Assembly: GCA_963767735.1 (NCBI GenBank)
Contig: CAVYES010000009.1
Location: forward strand, 1 to 64,000
Length of the DNA stretch: 64,000 nucleotides
Origin: Candidatus Bathyarchaeota archaeon
Lineage (GTDB): Archaea; Thermoproteota; Bathyarchaeia; Bathyarchaeales; Bathycorpusculaceae
Reading direction: 5' to 3'
The notes under the pieces were generated by a model, which was not told where the DNA came from, searched no databases, and was given only the letters and a program-made list of their open reading frames with translations. Shown here one piece after another: positions 58,558 through 64,000 of the stretch. The stretch's first letter is position 1. Each line of letters begins with the position of its first letter. The position numbers and the translations under genes were made by a program.

Positions 58558-59874
58558 ATGGTTGAGGTTGAGGGGGGAAAAGCGCTTGCCTCTTCGGGCA
58601 TGCTTGGCGGTCTCAGCGTTGGAGCTGGCCACCTCCACTCCGGCGTTAAGGAGCCCTCTGATGAGCCTCAACTAGACGTTACTACGACCATAAAGCCTTC
58701 TTGTCCCAAATGCGGCAGCGTGAAAGTCTGGCGAGACGGGACACGTTTGCCAATGTTTGGCGACCCAATCCAACGATGGCTCTGCCGAGACTGCGGACTG
58801 CGATTCTCAGACCCAAATGACGTTTTGAAGGCTAAAGAAGCGGTTGAAACAATTGAAATGATTGAAACGAAGTCATTAAAAACCCAAAGCAACATAGTAG
58901 TTAACTGCCAAATATGCGTCGAGGAGACGAAAAACTTGGTAGCAGAACAACAGAAAACTGAAGTTCTGCGTAGAGAAACAACTGACGTCAAAGGAAAACT
59001 AGTAGAATTTGCTTGGTGGATGAAAAAAGAAGGCTACAGAGACGCAACAATTCTAGGCAGATCCAAACTACTACGCATTCTTGCCAGACGAGAAGCAGAC
59101 CTCTATGAACCGGAATCCGTAAAAAAAGTAATCGCAAATCAGCCATGGTGCGAAGGAAGAAAAGCTAACGCGGTCGACGCCTACTCAAGCTTCCTAAAGA
59201 TGGTTGGTGGAACATGGGCTCCTCCGAAATACACAGGCATCGCTAAACTTCCATTTGTCCCAAAAGAAACCGAGATAGACCAGTTAATCGCAGCATGCAG
59301 CCACAGAATAGGAACCTTTCTTCAAATGCTTAAGGAAACAGGGATAAGATGCGGCGAGGCATGGCGGATTCAATGGGATGACTTTGACTTTGAAACCAAT
59401 ACAGTGCGAATTACTCCCGAGAAGAACAGTAACCCACGCATCTTCCATGTAAGCTACAAACTCATAGGCATGCTCCAGCGTTTGCCTAGAAACTACGGTA
59501 AATACGTTTTCTCAAAACCAACAATGCCGCTTGACAATTTCAGAGACAACTACGCTGAACAAAGAGACCGCATCGCAGAAAAAGTCCAAAACCCGCGATT
59601 AAGCAAAATCATGTTTAAGACATTGCGAACCTGGAAAGGAACCATGGAGTACCATCGGACAAAAGACGTTCTTTACGTCATGCAGGTGCTAGGCCACAAA
59701 AACATCAAGAATACATTGGTTTACATACAGCTCGAAGAGGCACTTTTCAACGACCAGACAGACTTCGTTTCAAAAGTAGCTAAGACGGAAAAAGAAGCCT
59801 GCGCATTAATCGACGCAGGATTTGATTTCGTCTGCGATTTCGATGGACATAAACTATTTAGAAAGAGGAAGTAA
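58558..59874 (+). CDS. int: Tyrosine recombinase/integrase with N-terminal zinc ribbon
   Basis: TGIRCGEA (R), TPEK (K), FKTLR (K replaces H of HxxR), LGHK (H), NTLVY (Y); adjacent to the target tRNA. Confidence 0.93.
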   Translation: MVEVEGGKALASSGMLGGLSVGAGHLHSGVKEPSDEPQLDVTTTIKPSCPKCGSVKVWRDGTRLPMFGDPIQRWLCRDCGLRFSDPNDVLKAKEAVETIEMIETKSLKTQSNIVVNCQICVEETKNLVAEQQKTEVLRRETTDVKGKLVEFAWWMKKEGYRDATILGRSKLLRILARREADLYEPESVKKVIANQPWCEGRKANAVDAYSSFLKMVGGTWAPPKYTGIAKLPFVPKETEIDQLIAACSHRIGTFLQMLKETGIRCGEAWRIQWDDFDFETNTVRITPEKNSNPRIFHVSYKLIGMLQRLPRNYGKYVFSKPTMPLDNFRDNYAEQRDRIAEKVQNPRLSKIMFKTLRTWKGTMEYHRTKDVLYVMQVLGHKNIKNTLVYIQLEEALFNDQTDFVSKVAKTEKEACALIDAGFDFVCDFDGHKLFRKRK

Positions 59875-60106
59875 ACGTGATAAAAAACCAAGAGCTGAAA
59901 CAGAAAGCAATAGACCAATACCTAAAAACAGGCGATATTCTTCAACTGCAGAGAGGACTAGGACACAGAAGAATCCAATCAACCTTTGCGTTTATTCAAC
60001 GCAATAACCTGCTGATAAAACGTTTCGACGGAGCATTTTCATGCTGAGCAAACCCGAATTACTAGAGAACATCGCCAGGACAAACCCCCGGTATTTTCAC
60101 TTATAT

Positions 60107-60130
60107 TGGTGCCGGGGGTGGGACTTGAAC
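60107..60130. repeat. attL within the tRNA-Leu 3' end
   Basis: Identical to 24248-24271. Confidence 0.95.
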
Positions 60131-60229
60131 CCACGAAGGCCTGCGCCAGAGGATCTTAAGTCCTCCTCCATATCTTAGGCAATCAATTTTTTCTGGCCGC
60201 CTATTTAGACCTGGCTCGGATACCCCGGC
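60107..60229 (-). tRNA. tRNA-Leu(TAA) with encoded CCA and a 35-nt D-arm intron (60170-60204, position 22/23)
   Basis: GCCGGGG/CCCCGGC acceptor, GAGGA-CTTAAGA-TCCTC anticodon arm, long variable arm, GTGGG-TTCAAGT-CCCAC T arm; BHB-like GTCT/AGAT helix with AAA and ATG bulges. Confidence 0.93.
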
Positions 60230-60314
60230 ACCAGCACCGATACACATAACATATGTATTGTTTAAGTTTTTTGCATGCAGTTTGAATGTGCAAATTTCTT
60301 TTTTGTAGCATGGG

Positions 60315-60539
60315 AGGCGCCAACATAACGTTATATTCTGTTATGAGAACATTGTTGTTTGCCAGTTGAGGAACACGCTCTACGATAGCATCGTACGGCT
60401 TCTTAAGAGGCTGCGAGGCGTTGTCTGAGATAACATCAAAGAGGTGCTTGTGCAAGTGCTTATGACAAGGCGGTGATTATTGTGGGGTTTAGGCTCAACT
60501 GGCACTTTGCTCATTTTTAAGATAAGAAGTTGGGTGCCT
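60315..60539 (+). ncRNA. Candidate structured non-coding RNA (~225 nt)
   Basis: Nested helices aggcgccaac/gttgggtgcct and perfect tgccagttgag/ctcaactggca enclose four hairpins; G-U pairs favour the + strand. Confidence 0.5.
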
Positions 60540-60644
60540 GTTTAAGAGGCGCCGTTTAGCTATTTGTGGTGTTTTTGTTTAAAGTTATGTTATGCTTATA
60601 TCTTCCGATTGTGGTATTTTGTTTTTAAGGAGGCTAAAATTAGG

Positions 60645-60923
60645 ATGCCCGCTATAGAAGTTGGCAGAATATGCGTGAAACAAGTCGGTCGAGAGAACGG
60701 CAAAAAATGCGTCGTTATAGATGTAATGGATAAAAGCTTCGTTTTAGTGACAGGCCCAAAAAAGGTTACCGGCGTCAAGCGGAGACGAGTTAACATAAAC
60801 CATGTTATGCCTCTTCAAGATAAAATTGAGGTTAAACGTGGCGCGTCAGACGATGAAGTGGCTCAAGTTTTGGATGCTGCAGGCAAACTGCAAGAAATGA
60901 CTCAAGCAGTTAAAACAGAATAG
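60645..60923 (+). CDS. rpl14e: 50S ribosomal protein L14e
   Basis: MPAIEVGRICVK..GRE.GKKCVVIDV.D..FVLVTGPK..TGVKRRRVN; GGAGG SD. Confidence 0.95.
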   Translation: MPAIEVGRICVKQVGRENGKKCVVIDVMDKSFVLVTGPKKVTGVKRRRVNINHVMPLQDKIEVKRGASDDEVAQVLDAAGKLQEMTQAVKTE

Positions 60924-60985
60924 TTTAAGCTTTAATTATCTCTTACCTATTTTTCTTACAACCAGTCAGGAGAAAAACAGTCAAT

Positions 60986-62011
60986 ATGCCTAGAACAACC
61001 CCTCCGTGGGAAACCAAACGTGAACTGTTGACAAGGGCAGAGGACACGACGAACCCAAAATATGGACATTTACCCTCGCAGAGACCAGCCAAAGAGTACA
61101 TTCAATACGGCACAATAAATCTCGATAAGCCAGCTGGACCAACAAGCCACGAAGTTGCTGCATGGGTTAAAAAAATCATGCACCTCTCCTGTATCGGACA
61201 TGGAGGCACGTTAGATCCTAAAGTCACAGGCGTTTTACCAATCACATTGGAGGACGCGACGAAGGTGGTTCAGGCGTTTCTCTACAGCGGCAAAGAATAT
61301 GTTTGCGTGATGAAGCTTCACGGTAACGCTGCTGAGGAGCAGATTAAGCCGGTTTTGTTGGAGTTTGAAGATGAGATTTATCAGCGTCCGCCGCTGCGTT
61401 CTTCTGTTAAGCGGCAGCTTAGAACCCGGCGCATCTACTACATTGACTATTTGGAGACGGATGGGCGCAACGTTCTGTTTAAAGTCGGCTGCGAAGCTGG
61501 AACCTACATTCGCAAGCTCTGCTTTGACATAGGCGAAATCCTGGGCGTGGGCGCTCACATGCAGGAGCTGCGCAGAACGCGTTCGGGAGGCTTTACTGAA
61601 AACAGCGCTTCGAAGGTTACTTTGCATGATGTTGCGTACTGGTTTGGGGAGTGGGAGACGAAAAAAGATGAGGCGATTCTTCACAAGTTTATTGTGCCCA
61701 TGGAGGAAGCTTTGTCTTTGTTGCCGAAAATTGTGGTTCGAGATTCAGCTGTTGACGCGCTTTGTCATGGCGCAAACTTGACTGCTCCTGGCGTGTTGCA
61801 GGTTACAGGCGGCATCCATAAGGGCTCTATTTTAGCTGTTTTCACGTTGAAAGGTGAAGCAGTTGCATTAGCGAAAGCGGCTGTTTCAGCGGAGGAAATG
61901 GTGGATTTGAAGCATGGTACGGTTGCTTCGCTGGAGAGAGTGTTGATGCCAAGAGGCACTTACCCGAAGGTTTGGAAAAGCGGTAGCGAGCATGAATCAG
62001 CCCAACAATAG
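60986..62011 (+). CDS. cbf5: H/ACA RNP pseudouridine synthase Cbf5
   Basis: LDKPAGPTSHEV, GHGGTLDP, KEYV, GTYIRKLC, HMQELRRTRSG, C-terminal PUA domain. Confidence 0.96.
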   Translation: MPRTTPPWETKRELLTRAEDTTNPKYGHLPSQRPAKEYIQYGTINLDKPAGPTSHEVAAWVKKIMHLSCIGHGGTLDPKVTGVLPITLEDATKVVQAFLYSGKEYVCVMKLHGNAAEEQIKPVLLEFEDEIYQRPPLRSSVKRQLRTRRIYYIDYLETDGRNVLFKVGCEAGTYIRKLCFDIGEILGVGAHMQELRRTRSGGFTENSASKVTLHDVAYWFGEWETKKDEAILHKFIVPMEEALSLLPKIVVRDSAVDALCHGANLTAPGVLQVTGGIHKGSILAVFTLKGEAVALAKAAVSAEEMVDLKHGTVASLERVLMPRGTYPKVWKSGSEHESAQQ

Positions 62012-62615
62012 CACAGACCACTATTTTAGTGCTGAGCCCAAGTCAAAGGAGAGGTTCGGTTTAGTTCGAACAGCCCTTTGCGGGAGAAGCTTCGAGTTTT
62101 TGACTGCTTCAAGCGTTTTTTCGAAGCGGCGAGTTGATCCCGGCACGAGGCTTTTAATTGAATCGATGGTTCTGCCCAAATGCGGCTGCGTTCTTGACAT
62201 CGGCTGCGGTTACGGTGCTGTTGGCATTGTTGCAGCTGCTCTTAACCCCAAGCTCAAAGTGGTTATGTCAGATGTGAACGTAAGAGCTGTACGTTTAGCT
62301 AAGAAAAATGTTGAGTTAAACAAGATAGTCAACGCTGAGGTGCACTACGGTTACATGTATGAGCCCACACAAGCCTTAATTTTTAATTGCGTGCTGTCGA
62401 ATCCGCCTGTTAGCGCAGGGATGGAAACAGTGAAAGCCATAGTGAGTGAAGCGCCCAAAGTGATGGCTGACAAAGCCACATTCCAGATGGTTATCCGCTC
62501 TAAAATCGGCGCTAAAACGCTGCCGTCCCTTTTCAACGAGACTTTTGGGAACTGTACGGTTCTTGCAAGAGAAAGCGGGTTTAGGGTGCTTATCGGGCAG
62601 CATTTAGCTGTATAG
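61992..62615 (+). CDS. Class I SAM-dependent methyltransferase (RsmC/MTS-like)
   Basis: VFS...D.GT.LL, LDIGCGYG, SNPP. Confidence 0.88.
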   Translation: MNQPNNSTDHYFSAEPKSKERFGLVRTALCGRSFEFLTASSVFSKRRVDPGTRLLIESMVLPKCGCVLDIGCGYGAVGIVAAALNPKLKVVMSDVNVRAVRLAKKNVELNKIVNAEVHYGYMYEPTQALIFNCVLSNPPVSAGMETVKAIVSEAPKVMADKATFQMVIRSKIGAKTLPSLFNETFGNCTVLARESGFRVLIGQHLAV

Positions 62616-62891
62616 GCTGAATTATTAGTTATAAATGTCAAGAAAATACGCTTTGTTTTGTGGGGCAAGACTCTCTGCTTGCAGTTAAGATGGATGTTAA
62701 AAATCTATTTTTTTAAGTGTTTGTGGAAATAAATAAGAAGTGGTCCTGTTTGGACAAGTTTTAATCATCCCGTTGAGGACGCCAACCGTTTCTGGCAGAC
62801 AAAAAGTAAACGTTTATCTGACAAGGATTTTTACGGCAGTCTTCTTGCACCTAAGGAATTGAAGTTAAATAAGCGTTTAAACGGTGACAGT

Positions 62892-63119
62892 TTGGTGTCT
62901 GACAACAACAAAAGAGAACGCATTACTATTCGTCTTACGAAAAGGTATCTTGATTTGTTAAACATGTTAATCGAAAAAGGCGTGTACAACAGCCCCAATG
63001 AAGCCATCCGAGACGCGCTGCGAATCATGTATGAGTACCACGGGTTGAAAGGTTCTCCGAGAAGAAACATGTGCTTAACGCAAAAGCAGATGAAGATCCC
63101 AAAGAGCAAGATTGATTGA
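62892..63119 (+). CDS. Ribbon-helix-helix (CopG/Arc/MetJ) regulator
   Basis: ERITIRL....LDLLNMLIEKGVYNSPNEAIRDALR. Confidence 0.82.
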   Translation: MVSDNNKRERITIRLTKRYLDLLNMLIEKGVYNSPNEAIRDALRIMYEYHGLKGSPRRNMCLTQKQMKIPKSKID

Positions 63120-63331
63120 TTTTCACATGCCAAAAAAACGGTTGTTCGGCAGTAGCTAAACTTAAAACCAAGCTCTAAGCTGTAGTGCAACCGTCCAGTT
63201 GCCGATTTATTCTCTACAGGGAAACCAACGATTCCTGCAATATTTCTTTTTCAGCATATTCTAAGGAGTGCAACATTGCTTTTATTTCCTGTTTCCCCAG
63301 TTACACAAAGTCTGAAGGAGAAGGAAAGGAA

Positions 63332-63469
63332 ATGATGAGGCAAAAATTTTCTGAAAATCACGATAGTGAAATGGCTGAAAAATGTCGAAGGGCGCTTGAA
63401 AAATCTTACGGTATGGATATTCCTATGCCAAAATGCATCGTTAAAAAAGTAAACCAGCCAAAGGCTTAA
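63332..63469 (+). CDS. Small hypothetical protein
   Basis: Purine-rich SD-like stretch before MMRQKFSEN...; C-terminal half of ORF 63185-63469. Confidence 0.35.
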   Translation: MMRQKFSENHDSEMAEKCRRALEKSYGMDIPMPKCIVKKVNQPKA

Positions 63470-63487
63470 ATTTTTTGAGGCGGAAAA

Positions 63488-63700
63488 ATGTTCAAGAACA
63501 GATTACTGGAAACGCTCAAACGTTCTAAAAATGGGGATAAGCCGGATGTTAAGACGCTGCGAGCGATGACAAAAATTCGAAAGCACGAAAGACTCTCCAG
63601 CCAAGAATTCGTAAAGGTTTACGACGCAATCTGGCAGGAAGGCCCCAAAACTGAATATAAAAACCCAGACAGCTGGAGAAGCAGCAGAGACTCCTCGTAA
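63488..63700 (+). CDS. Small hypothetical protein
   Basis: GAGG SD; 70-aa ORF. Confidence 0.45.
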   Translation: MFKNRLLETLKRSKNGDKPDVKTLRAMTKIRKHERLSSQEFVKVYDAIWQEGPKTEYKNPDSWRSSRDSS

Positions 63701-64000
63701 CTGGCTTGAATTGCTTCAATCTCAGGCATATTCAGCGCCCGAAATAGCCTTTAAATTTTAATTTAAAACTGTAAGTATTGGACGCATCTGATTATACGAG
63801 GTGGAGAAGATGGCTGAGAATAGTTCTGCAAAGATTGGGCTTGGAATGTTTGGTGTTTTTGCAGTCTTGGGGTTTTTGCTTTGGCTGTTAATTTAAAGGT
63901 TGAAGCGGGATATTATGGAATCTGATATATTCTTTACTTGAAGGTTGGCTTATATTGGAAGCTCTGGTTTCTGAAAGCAGGGAGAAGAATCAAATGACAC

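Larger units (their letters stand above)
24248..60130. mobile_element. ~35.9 kb tRNA-Leu-integrated element (defence island; integrative plasmid/IME-like)
   Basis: Perfect 24-bp direct repeats, tyrosine integrase next to the tRNA, Rep-like module at the far end, defence cargo; no virion genes recognised. Confidence 0.93.

Noticed and set aside
24248-60130. Provirus
   Set aside because: No recognisable capsid, terminase, portal or packaging ATPase genes.
60360-60380. RNase P RNA (GAGGAA motif) or SRP RNA
   Set aside because: No GAGGAAAGUCC / AACAGAA..GGCU P4 pairing and no SRP helix 8 motif.

Overview
Archaeal chromosomal window, probably TACK and most consistent with Bathyarchaeia. This is inferred from rpl14e-cbf5, a tRNA with a BHB intron in the D-arm, a PEF-type sorting signal and the integrase style. 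Positions 1-11 kb hold a glycosylation/exopolysaccharide locus. Positions 12-16 kb hold a complete NHEJ operon (LigD-Pol, Ku, LigD ligase-phosphoesterase, DUF72). Positions 16-24 kb hold accessory genes and a chimeric, disrupted tRNA-Gly(CCC). Positions 24248-60130 are a ~35.9 kb integrated element bounded by a perfect 24-bp direct repeat of the tRNA-Leu(TAA) 3' end. It has a tyrosine integrase at the right end and a wHTH/Rep_trans-like module at the left end. Its cargo is almost entirely defence: type I CBASS (CD-NTase + SLATT), type I R-M, a DUF4011 helicase (Hhe-like), a UvrD-PD-(D/E)XK helicase-nuclease, Nmad3 and an HNH/REase/membrane trio. The most notable cargo is an intact three-gene cluster of a 'DPLG...PGIT' protein, a double-HxK PLD nuclease and a long Argonaute with a complete DEDD tetrad; this is the best candidate for an undescribed system. 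Housekeeping genes resume after the tRNA, preceded by a ~225-nt highly structured non-coding segment. Many long genes at 32.7-51 kb are frameshifted, which may be sequencing/assembly error. All family calls come from motif recognition by eye; no searches were run.
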